Source of the DNA: Lepidodermella squamata | Taxonomy: Eukaryota > Animalia > Gastrotricha | Assembly (NCBI GenBank): GCA_047495785.1 | Contig: JBLDXI010000137.1 | Span: 1 to 23,265, forward strand | Length of the DNA stretch: 23,265 nucleotides | Direction: 5' to 3' | Part shown: positions 12,201-23,136 of the stretch, one piece after another | Numbering within the stretch: position 1 is the stretch's first letter | Layout of the letters: every line of letters begins with the position of its first letter | Made by a program: the position numbers and the translations under genes | Notes under the pieces: model-generated | The model's database searches: none | Told to the model about the DNA's origin: nothing | Seen by the model: the letters and a program-made list of their open reading frames with translations, nothing else

Positions 12201-15200
12201 GCCTCGACAATTGTCGGTTGTACCGCTGAGGGCAGGGGTTGGAATTGTTTCGATTAAGGCGGTTGGCCTTGACCAAAACAGCGATGATTCGACTACGCTG
12301 AGAATGTCGACCCAAATCGCGAATACGATTACTCGCACTTTTTTCCTCGTTAATTCTGGATCGATTGGGGTTGATATTACGACAGCCATCACTTCATCGC
12401 CGACTACTCAATGCGCAGACCAGCCGGATCTTGGAAATGTGAAGATGTTTTCCGTCCAGCCGAGTCAGTTCACGTTGTTGCCAAAGCAAAAAATGCAAAT
12501 CAGCGTTAAATTTGAGCCGTTTGGGCTGGGTGCAAATGAAATGTGCGCTGGTTTCCTGAGTTTCTACACCGACCCGCCGCAAAGTGGAGCGCCCGGTCAA
12601 TTGCCCGCGCTTGACGTTTCGCTAATCGGCCTGGTAACTCCGGCCCCTGTTGAGCAAATGTCATCGAATCGAGGATCAGTTTCCTCGTCCTCATTGCCTG
12701 GCAGTGCGCATTCGACCCCGGGCTCGCAGATAATGGCGCTGGATTCGAGGCAGAATTCGCAACAGCGGCCGGGATTTGCGAGCAACTCTGGCAGTGAAAG
12801 TGCGAATAGCTCTGCGTCGTCGACCAATAGCCGTCGTACACTTGTTACCAGCCATCAACGAGTCGTATGGTGGGGCGTCGATCCTGGTCAGCAAATTGAA
12901 CAAGTAAGTGGTTTTCATATTTTTCCAAGCAAGTGGGTATTTTTAGGCTAAAATCACGCATTGGTTATCATTTAACAGTCAGAGTAAATTTGAGAGTTGG
13001 ACGTTAACCCGAAATATTTCCGGATTTTAGGCTGAAATTGGGTGGGTTCGTTTATTACTTGCATTTTCTGTTACCGAAAAACTCGAAAATTCGAGTGTGA
13101 CAAATTGGATTTATATCAACCAATTTTACAATTATTTTCAATAGATTGTCAATTTGCGAAATGTTGGCTCGGACGAAGTCAGTGTTCGAATTTCTATTCG
13201 AGACCACAATGCCGATCCTCAACAGCCAGCGTTCGTGCTCGCTGGGTCGACCTCACTCGCCGCCCCTCTTCTAGCCACCCTACCAGGCGCGTCCGACTTC
13301 CCAATGCGGATCATCTTCCGAGCCCAGCCGCAACACCAAAGTCGAGTCGCCATCGCAAAAATGCAGATCAAGGTGCTAGCATCTGGCGCCGGGTCTGTCC
13401 CGCCCGGTCTCAAGTTCTGCATACCGCTATTCGGCGCCGTTGGAACTGCCGCCATGTCTGCTGAGGGCGCGACTCTTCGCACAACCAGTGCCGGTCACTA
13501 CTACGCAATAATCGGAACAGTACCTGTCGGAGTTCGCCGGTCAGTGCGGCTCACTCTGAAAAACAACGGCTCGAGAAACGCGTTTTTCACCGCGTTGCCG
13601 TTCGCTGATATGAGCTGCACGCAGCGTTTGGGCCACTCAAAACTAGTCTGCACGCCACCTCAAGCCTGTTTGACGCCGAATGAAACCGTTGAACTGGCTG
13701 TTGATCTCTATGTCAGTGATCGAGAGGCTGCGTTATGCGCCGAGCGGTCTTACATCGTCGCGTGTCTGCAAATCGTGTTTGGCGATAACGATTTGCGGGT
13801 TATGGCAGGTCGCGCCCTGTCCACGATGAAGCCGACTGAAATCCGCAAGTTGCTGGACGAAACTGCCATGGAGCTGATTCGAGGCGGCTCAGCGGCGACT
13901 GGCGACGAATTGCCGCGAAATATGTCCGGCAATCTAGCTCAGACAGAAGCGTGGCCCGAGCATTTACGGTTGTTTTCTCGCCATTGCCGGCGGTTGTACG
14001 TGGCGCTGGTCGGCGAACGGACGTCAAATTCCGAGGCTAAGGGTGGCAGCGATTTCGATGAAGAAACTTTGCAGCATACGATGTTGCTGGACGATACTCA
14101 AGCGACAATCATGTTCCCACCGCCGATTATGAATGCCGAACGCGGCTTGAACTCGATAGCCAGCTTGGTGGAACAACGGTCTGGTTCCAAGTGAGTTTTT
14201 CTCAGCTTCTTATCTGAATCCCAGTGGATGCCCTAAATTATAGGTTTCAGCATACGATTTCCCAAAAATATGCATTTTTAGGCTGGATTTATGAATTTTT
14301 ATCTTCTCACTTGGTCTTCAATTTTCTATCTATTTTTCAGCTCCCAACTGCCCCGGGTTCCGATTGCGGCTGCCCCATCGTTGCCCACTGTCTACGACTC
14401 GCCGAATTCTCAACGCAACTCGTCGAGCTTCCAACACTCGCCAGCTCATGGAATCCGCCTGCTACCCAGCGAATTGCTCCTGACTGCCCTATCAGACTCG
14501 CGGGCGATGATGCTGATCAACGACACATCGTCACCAACCGATTTCGAAGCGGAATGGGCAGCGCATATTCTCATTGTTGAACCGCCGAAAGGGACGCTGC
14601 CTTCGAACGGCACTGCTACCATCAACGTGAGACTAGCACCTGGAGCTGCTGCTTTCGTCGATTCGGCGCAACAGCAATGGGTAGGCCGGGGTCGGAGTCA
14701 GAACTGCATCAGGCAGCCGGTTGGAAAGCGTTGTCCGAGTTCATTTGAGTTCGTCAGTTCAAACTTCGAATAACATGCCGCCGCCGCCGAGTATTCCGAA
14801 CTCAGCTCAACGGGCTAGGATGATGCAGGCGAGCAGGAACGAACCGGTTGTTCAAATAGTCTTCGGATCACGTGACTGCCCGCACCCGCCGGCTGCTCGT
14901 TTGGATTTCGGAAAAATCCAGCTATCGTCCGATCAGATACAACGAAAATTGGGCCTGCGGCTTGAAAATGACCAGCCTTTCCAAGTTTCGTGGCAAATGG
15001 AGGAGTTGAGTGCCTACGCGCTGGCTAGTCTGCCTGGTTCTAACAGCGGGGCTCAAGTTCCGGCGGCGAATTCTGCGAATCGGTGTGTTCCATCGATATT
15101 TTCGTTTATTCCGAATAAAAGCGGCATTTTGGCGCCAAATGGCGGGCAAGTGACGTTGAAATGCGTTTTCCAACCGCCGTCGACGAAGCAATCGCAAGAT

Positions 15201-15605
15201 ATCAACTATTTGCAGCACTTTCTGCTGACAATCAAGGGTACGACGGGCTGGACGGCTGAGACGAGGATTTCGGCGGTCGCGAGTCTTGTTACCTCGAATG
15301 CGTCTGTCAACCAATCAGTGGCGAATAGCACGAATTTGTCGATGAGCATGGCTGATCAGTCGCAAATGAGCCGCGTTTCGAATTCGTCGACTTGCTCTGC
15401 AGCGCCGTTGAGTGCGAGCCGCCGGCCGGCGTTCGGCCAGAGGATTTCGCGGTGCCTTGTTTGCCCGGGCGAAAAACACGAATTCCAGAAAGTTGTCAGA
15501 CCAGGTGAGAAGATAAAAATTCATAAATCCAGCCTAAAAATGCATATTTTTGGGAAATCGTATGCTGAAACCTATAATTTAGGGCATCCACTGGGATTCA
15601 GATAA
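9289..15605 (+). CDS. CEP192: CEP192/SPD-2-like centrosomal scaffold, 3'-truncated; exons 9289-9337, 9390-9448, 9511-9613, 9669-9812, 9867-9928, 9984-10169, 10221-10544, 10598-11044, 11104-12903, 13145-14190, 14341-15504; ~1794 aa to the breakpoint, one frameshift at 14688-14691
   Basis: Ten GT-AG introns join in frame. A disordered acidic/Ser-rich N-terminus is followed by tandem ASH/PapD-like domains with CEP192-like motifs: AKNTGRLWVQL, DFGALPAG, LVNSGSIGV, VVWWGVDPGQ..IVNLRN, LKNNGSRNAF and VFGD (Spd2 domain), FEAEWAAHILIVEPPKG, FQVSW..IFSFIP. Unspliced read-through past 15504 stops at 15605 inside the inverted arm. Confidence 0.82.
14311..15504. other. Unique 1194-bp spacer (loop) of the palindrome; contains the last visible CEP192 exon
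   Basis: Exact arm pairing ends at 14310/15505. The first mismatch is 14311 t versus 15504 g. Confidence 0.95.
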
Positions 15606-15620
15606 GAAGCTGAGAAAAAC

Positions 15621-18600
15621 TCACTTGGAACCAGACCGTTGTTCCACCAAGCTGGCTATCGAGTTCAAGCCGCGTTCGGCATTCATAATCGGCGGTGGGA
15701 ACATGATTGTCGCTTGAGTATCGTCCAGCAACATCGTATGCTGCAAAGTTTCTTCATCGAAATCGCTGCCACCCTTAGCCTCGGAATTTGACGTCCGTTC
15801 GCCGACCAGCGCCACGTACAACCGCCGGCAATGGCGAGAAAACAACCGTAAATGCTCGGGCCACGCTTCTGTCTGAGCTAGATTGCCGGACATATTTCGC
15901 GGCAATTCGTCGCCAGTCGCCGCTGAGCCGCCTCGAATCAGCTCCATGGCAGTTTCGTCCAGCAACTTGCGGATTTCAGTCGGCTTCATCGTGGACAGGG
16001 CGCGACCTGCCATAACCCGCAAATCGTTATCGCCAAACACGATTTGCAGACACGCGACGATGTAAGACCGCTCGGCGCATAACGCAGCCTCTCGATCACT
16101 GACATAGAGATCAACAGTCAGTTCAACGGTTTCATTCGGCGTCAAACAGGCTTGAGGTGGCGTGCAGACTAGTTTTGAGTGGCCCAAACGCTGCGTGCAG
16201 CTCATATCAGCGAACGGCAACGCGGTGAAAAACGCGTTTCTCGAGCCGTTGTTTTTCAGAGTGAGCCGCACTGACCGGCGAACTCCGACAGGTACTGTTC
16301 CGATTATTGCGTAGTAGTGACCGGCACTGGTTGTGCGAAGAGTCGCGCCCTCAGCAGACATGGCGGCAGTTCCAACGGCGCCGAATAGCGGTATGCAGAA
16401 CTTGAGACCGGGCGGGACAGACCCGGCGCCAGATGCTAGCACCTTGATCTGCATTTTTGCGATGGCGACTCGACTTTGGTGTTGCGGCTGGGCTCGGAAG
16501 ATGATCCGCATTGGGAAGTCGGACGCGCCTGGTAGGGTGGCTAGAAGAGGGGCGGCGAGTGAGGTCGACCCAGCGAGCACGAACGCTGGCTGTTGAGGAT
16601 CGGCATTGTGGTCTCGAATAGAAATTCGAACACTGACTTCGTCCGAGCCAACATTTCGCAAATTGACAATCTATTGAAAATAATTGTAAAATTGGTTGAT
16701 ATAAATCCAATTTGTCACACTCGAATTTTCGAGTTTTTCGGTAACAGAAAATGCAAGTAATAAACGAACCCACCCAATTTCAGCCTAAAATCCGGAAATA
16801 TTTCGGGTTAACGTCCAACTCTCAAATTTACTCTGACTGTTAAATGATAACCAATGCGTGATTTTAGCCTAAAAATACCCACTTGCTTGGAAAAATATGA
16901 AAACCACTTACTTGTTCAATTTGCTGACCAGGATCGACGCCCCACCATACGACTCGTTGATGGCTGGTAACAAGTGTACGACGGCTATTGGTCGACGACG
17001 CAGAGCTATTCGCACTTTCACTGCCAGAGTTGCTCGCAAATCCCGGCCGCTGTTGCGAATTCTGCCTCGAATCCAGCGCCATTATCTGCGAGCCCGGGGT
17101 CGAATGCGCACTGCCAGGCAATGAGGACGAGGAAACTGATCCTCGATTCGATGACATTTGCTCAACAGGGGCCGGAGTTACCAGGCCGATTAGCGAAACG
17201 TCAAGCGCGGGCAATTGACCGGGCGCTCCACTTTGCGGCGGGTCGGTGTAGAAACTCAGGAAACCAGCGCACATTTCATTTGCACCCAGCCCAAACGGCT
17301 CAAATTTAACGCTGATTTGCATTTTTTGCTTTGGCAACAACGTGAACTGACTCGGCTGGACGGAAAACATCTTCACATTTCCAAGATCCGGCTGGTCTGC
17401 GCATTGAGTAGTCGGCGATGAAGTGATGGCTGTCGTAATATCAACCCCAATCGATCCAGAATTAACGAGGAAAAAAGTGCGAGTAATCGTATTCGCGATT
17501 TGGGTCGACATTCTCAGCGTAGTCGAATCATCGCTGTTTTGGTCAAGGCCAACCGCCTTAATCGAAACAATTCCAACCCCTGCCCTCAGCGGTACAACCG
17601 ACAATTGTCGAGGCGGCGTCGAATCAGTTTGGGCGACTAATTCAGCCTCGTTTATGTCAAGGCCTTGCTGGTTCGGCGATAGCTCAATGTCATAACGAGC
17701 GGTGAAACACACCACGAAATCGTGTTGTTGGTGAATCGGAGATAGGTACAGCTTCGTGGCATGACCTGCGCCGTATAAAGGAGCTGGAGCGTTAGTAATC
17801 GATTTACTTTTGGCTAGAGCCTCGGTATTCGAGCCCGTAGTCGGCAGAAAATGGAAACAACGCCACGCTGATTCAGGTCGAATCGTTACAACAATCGGGA
17901 CGTCAATGTTGAAGCTGGACGAGGCCGGGGTCACTGAAGAGGGTGGCTGGAAACGTAATGAACAAACCATGCGCTTACTAGCCCCGGCAGGTAAGGCGCC
18001 AAAATCGCATATCTGTTGGCCTGGTATGAAAAAGTCGACAGCGGGTAAGCGGACATCGGCTGAGAACGGAATTGGCGGTAGCGTTCGCGAGTCTTCAACA
18101 ACTGACCCAACAACACAGGCAAAAATGTCGATATTTGCCGAGTAAAATCCGGGATCTCCCGGCGAGAAACGAAGCCGAAAAGTGCCGCTCGCATTCGGCT
18201 CTACAACAACAGTTGAATTCAAAACGTGAAGACCTCGTGGTCCACCGGTTTGATTTCCATCAATTTTCGGGTTTTGCAATGTCGCGCTTAATTGAACCCA
18301 TAACCTGCCCGTATTTTTTGCAGTTAGCGTCAAATCTTGCGTCTGACCGACGTAAACCGGCTCTTTCATGTCAATTGCAAGTTTATCCCATTCCAGTCGG
18401 ATGAAAGGCCCTTTATCAGCCATTGGCGTGAGTAGTGGTCCATATTCAGATACGCTGGATGCATCGAACGACGAAATAAGCGACAAGTTTGACTGCGTCA
18501 ACGGATTTGGGGATGCTTTGTTGCTATTTTTAGCTTGGATATTCTTTTCGATGTTTTCATTGCCACCACTTGGTCTAGCCGGTTTCACAAAGCCGCCGCC

Positions 18601-20526
18601 GCCGCCGCTTGTCACAGTTGAGTTCGAACTGCGCGGCGAGGGCGCGCTAATCCGATTTTCGCCACCATTGTTATGCGATTCATTACTCGCCCGGCCGGCA
18701 GACACGTTTTCCTAAAAGAGCGCAGGTGAATGACACGTGATTGCGCGTGACAAACTTGCGGTAAACTTACGAGGGTTACTTGAGATGAGGTGGTCGTGTC
18801 AACTTTGCGCGAGGCTGATGATTGCGCTGAGCCGGGTCGCGAGCCGTTCTTCTGGTTAGGCGCGGCCTTCGGAGTGCTAGAAACAACACTGGCAAGTGAC
18901 AAAGCGCCGCCTCGGTTAGGCGGACGTAATAGCGATTCGTCTTGATCGCGAAAAAGAGCGCTCGTACTGGCAGGTCGTTGCGGGTTCACCCCGAATCGCA
19001 TCATGATGTGTTCGGCCAACTCATCGGGGTCGACATCCGCATCATACATTTCAAGCATAGCATCGACTGCCGCCAAGTCAGGGTCAGTGGCGTCGGCAAT
19101 CGCACTGCCGTTATTGAAACTGAAACTAACACTGCTACTCGAATGATTAGAGCGGTAGCTAGCTGTTTCAGAAGCGGTGGGGCTTTGCCGATCGGTATCA
19201 CGACCACTGTCGGGAAGCTAAAGAAAGAAAAGGATAAAAGACTAGAAAAACAGTCCAGGGTAGCCATTACTCTGTTTGACGATAAGCGAGTGTCATCTTT
19301 GCTATTTGAATCTGCTATCTTCGTTGATTGTTGGGCAGCCGATACTTGAGGCGTCGGGGAAGCTTGATCCACTCTGGTTTGATCCATTGTTGTATCACCG
19401 ACAGGCTGGCTTGGTTGAAGCAGATATTCGATATTTACACTCACATCCGGCGCCTCTGTGACTGGTTTAACATCGGCGGTACTTTTAGGCGGTTGAGGAG
19501 GTATAGGCGATGGCTTCTTATCGTTGCATTCAGTTGGTGAAGTCGAAGAAGCTGGAGAGTTGGACGGCAACAAGCCAGCCATTTCGAAAGCAGTCTAAAG
19601 AAGCAACGCATTCATTTTTCAACAAATTCAATGAAAATTCAATACCAGATTGTTGTTTCCACCTAATGAGCCGATTGGTTCAGACCGGAGAGCCAAATAC
19701 TCTTCGGGAGTCATTTGCACTAAATCATTTGACCTGGCAAAATTCCATCCATCCGGGCGAGAGATATATTTTGGTCGATTTACAGCTTGCCATTTGTCAA
19801 CGCTGGTCTCGTTTGCAGGGTCATCATGAAGCTAGCAAAATAACAAATTTTGAAATAAAATGTGTTGCGTGCAGGCATAAATTTACCATATTCTCGTAAA
19901 TGGTCTTATTTTCAAGGATCATCGAGTCAGTTGGGAAACATGAGGAATCTAGTTTTCGAAAGATATTAAGTTGAAGCAAATAATGAAATTTATATTGTTA
20001 ACCATCGTATGGTCGATTGTTCGCCGAAGTGCAACTGGAAGGCGTGATGGACTTCACGGATGTTAGCCGGCTATCAGCCGGAAGACCATTGACGGAAATT
20101 GTGGGCTTACTAACCGCAGGAACTTCGACTTCTTCGTCGCTGTCATCTACAAATATCATGATGGTTAAAGTAATACAGTTGAGCCTCTGAAAAAGAATTA
20201 CCCGAATCGGAACCATTATCGCATTCTAACCGAAAACGAGATTGCAGCGCCACGAGTTCCTCATTGCTCATTTGCAAGGCCGGAGGACCATCGTCTTCAT
20301 CATCCTAAAAGCATCAATCAATATTATATGAACAAACCAATTATTAACAAGCAATAATTCGCCTACATAATCGATATCCAGGCCGTCATTGTTGATGAAG
20401 TCATTTGACTTGCCGTTAAGCGGTCCTTGTAATAAAATACGATGGTGAAAAATTATTCAACTAAAAATCGCGCCTACCACTGCTCAGTCTTAGGAAATCC
20501 GCTGGATCGGAGGCGGCCGCGCTCAT
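15621..20526 (-). pseudogene. CEP192: Second, more truncated CEP192/SPD-2-like copy (exons 1-10 only, ending after the Spd2 domain region)
   Basis: Mirror of 9289-14194. Intron 10 is cut at 15505 before its acceptor, and without splicing AA|GTGA gives an immediate stop at 15621. One Ala/Thr difference at 16118. Confidence 0.78.
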
Positions 20527-21627
20527 CTAGTTCAATTAACTGTGGAGGGTGTAATGAACCCCGATAAACCTAAACAACTAAAACTACCAAAGTTCAAATA
20601 TCAAGTGATAAAGGAAACAGTTATGTAAATCGAATTCCCTTCTCGAAAGAAAACTAACGAACATACTTCATCTTGAAGAAGTAAGTCGAAGGGAAAATCT
20701 GATTATCAAACTTTGAATCAATCAGGTCACACAAGAAGACATGCAAACTCAAACAACACTCGGGCTTCTGGCTTCTGGAACAAGCCATAGCTTGACGGCT
20801 GTAGAATTTTCAGCAAGCAATTAATATTATCAATTTCGGGCTAGCTTTAATGGATAAAAGATCAACTTCGACACCAATAACATCTTTCAAAGGAGAACTA
20901 CTTGGCACGACGATAACTTACTTCCGATCAGTTGACAGCGTATGTGACCACAAAAAATGTAAACAATAAACCGTATGGACTAATATTCAGCACCGAGCGC
21001 CAATTACCCATTGTTACTAGCCAGCTACCATATAGGCTGAATTATTAATTGCATAATTTGAGTACCTTCAGAATTCAGAACTATAATCCAGCTAGAGGCA
21101 TAACCTAAATCCAGTCGGTGGGTCGCGTTTTCGAATTGAATTCCCCGCCTCATAGAAAATTGTCACGTATAATAAAAATAATATAGACTACTTTGGAATA
21201 AAAAATTATTTTGATTTTAAATTTATGAGGGCAAAAAATAATCAAATTATTTAGAAGAGACAGAGGGTACTATTCCAGGTTATTTTTCTTTTCAAGTAAA
21301 ACCACACACAACTGCCAGCGACCTCAGCGCTACAGGACAAAGCCTTTACTTTCTAGTTCAGTATCCAGTGCAATATGTGTAGCGAAAGGCTAGTGAAAGT
21401 TGTGTAGTAAATGGTATGGCTGAAGCTGGCGTTTTCAACCGTTCTGCTGAAATAGTAAATTCATTCATTCAATGAAATCTCCTCTGTTAGCGAGAAGAAC
21501 TTATTGCTGTCGAGCACTTATTGCGAATATCTGACTTTTCCCTGTGCTTAAGTGCTTGATAAAAACATTCTTGATTGAAGTTTTATTCGCCTGGCTTGTT
21601 TTCTGTATTGATCAGAATTGTTGAGTT
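20527..21627. promoter_or_regulatory. Mirror copy of the putative bidirectional promoter region
   Basis: Reverse complement of 8188-9288. Confidence 0.55.
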
Positions 21628-23136
21628 ATGAGTATTCAAGCGAAACGCAAAAGATATCCCGGCGACACACCAAACTCTGACTTCACTGCCGCCACGCCTT
21701 TCGATGAAGGTCGCATGGTCGACGTCAGATACACAGGTGACATGACACCTGATGGTCTCGCAATGGCCGATGATCGGTATCAAGCAGTCGGCCTAAGATT
21801 TCCATATTCCCCTTGCCATTCGTCGGCATCCAGCGATTCTGGTAGCAATGCACCATCTGATGATGAGGATGAGCGAATCAATTTGGCAGACTTTGACGAG
21901 CACGAAGCCGAAGTAAAAAGGCATGAATATGCCGATGATATGTTTGAATTGGAGCAGCACTTTGCGTCTGCGAGAGACATGTAAGTTTTATTCTCTGTTT
22001 TTGCTATGAATTACTTTTCCTTTTAACAGTTTAATGACCGAGAAACTTGGGGCTCTCGATGACAATTTACTGGCTTTGAATGAAGATCGCTTACCTGAAT
22101 ATGTTCAAGCATTTGAAAGGTACGATAAAGAGATGAGTAATCAAATAGAAAATGTCGAAGTATGGAGGGAGCTGCATCTTCATAATCTCAAATGGAACCT
22201 CGAGTGTGATAAAACGGTGGTGGACTTGACTCTTGCAGTGAGTAAAGCTGGTTATCACAAATGCATTTATTATCATTTGTATTTCATTTTCTTAGGAGGA
22301 GAGGGATATGTTGTTGTGTTCTATGCGAGATGAGTTGAATGCCAAAATCGCCAGTATTCAATCAGAGCGGGACGTGCTGAAAGCTAAACGAGCAAAACTG
22401 TGCGATCCCACGATCGGTGACTTAGTCCGTGCAACAATAGAAGCTCAGACGTTAATGGAGGGCAAGAAAATAAGCGGACTCCTTAAACGAGCTAAAACAG
22501 CAAGCGACAAGGTTGCTGAGCTGAAGACAGTTACCGTTGTTAAACAGGTGAAGCGCCGTGCCAAGTCGCCTCAAGCGGAAGAGTTGATTAATGCATCATC
22601 GCCTATGCGGCATCGGTTGCGGCAGACAATTACTGCTAAAGACGACAGTTCGCATTCCACCGGATTGAAAAAACCAACTGTTGTCTCAGGACCATACATA
22701 GTCTATTTGCTTCGTGACCAAGATATCATGGATGACTGGGTGGAGATAGCTCATGCCCTGCGGCAGTCAGATCAAAAACACGGTGCTCCTGTAGTCAATG
22801 GACATGGCGTGAACCAAAGCATCTCTCATTCTTCCTCGAAAAAAGTCCGCGTGTCTTCTGATGGCAAACTTTTTTACGACTCTCAGTGCTTCAGTATCGG
22901 GGACGATATAGGCAAGTTCAAATCGATAATTTGAATTTATTGAATTATCTTTAACCTAATTTTCAGCTGTCACTCGTCCAAATTCCAAGTCAGTGGAACA
23001 TTCTCAATTATGGAAAATTGCCGGGGGCGAGATCGTGCTACGAAATCTTGATACTGCTCAACAGAGTAAAATACCCATTTCGGCGCTTCAAACAGGTCGA
23101 TGGCTTCTAAAGCGAATCGATTCTTCGAATTCATAG
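21628..23136 (+). CDS. BRMS1L: BRMS1/BRMS1-like (Sds3 family), right copy; exons 21628-21980, 22030-22237, 22296-22911, 22967-23136; 448 aa
   Basis: Same motifs as the left copy. Introns gtaagt..aacag (21981-22029), gtgagt..cttag (22238-22295) and gcaagt..tttcag (22912-22966) keep the frame to TAG at 23134-23136. Confidence 0.9.

Larger units (their letters stand above)
6550..14310. repeat. Left arm of giant inverted repeat (at least 7761 bp)
   Basis: Reverse complement of 15505-23265. Mirrored ORF pairs all sum to 29815 (6881/22934, 7831/21984, 11110/18705, 13154/16661). The window end tcatcatgagt matches 6550 actcatgatga. Confidence 0.99.

Noticed and set aside
12943-14283. TTAGGC as interstitial nematode-type telomere repeats
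   Set aside because: Three isolated single copies, not a tandem array.
9916-19899. Many antisense or alternate-frame ORFs overlapping CEP192 copies (similar ones overlap SNW1 and UGDH)
   Set aside because: Shadow ORFs of GC-richer exons. Their paired occurrence only reflects the palindrome.
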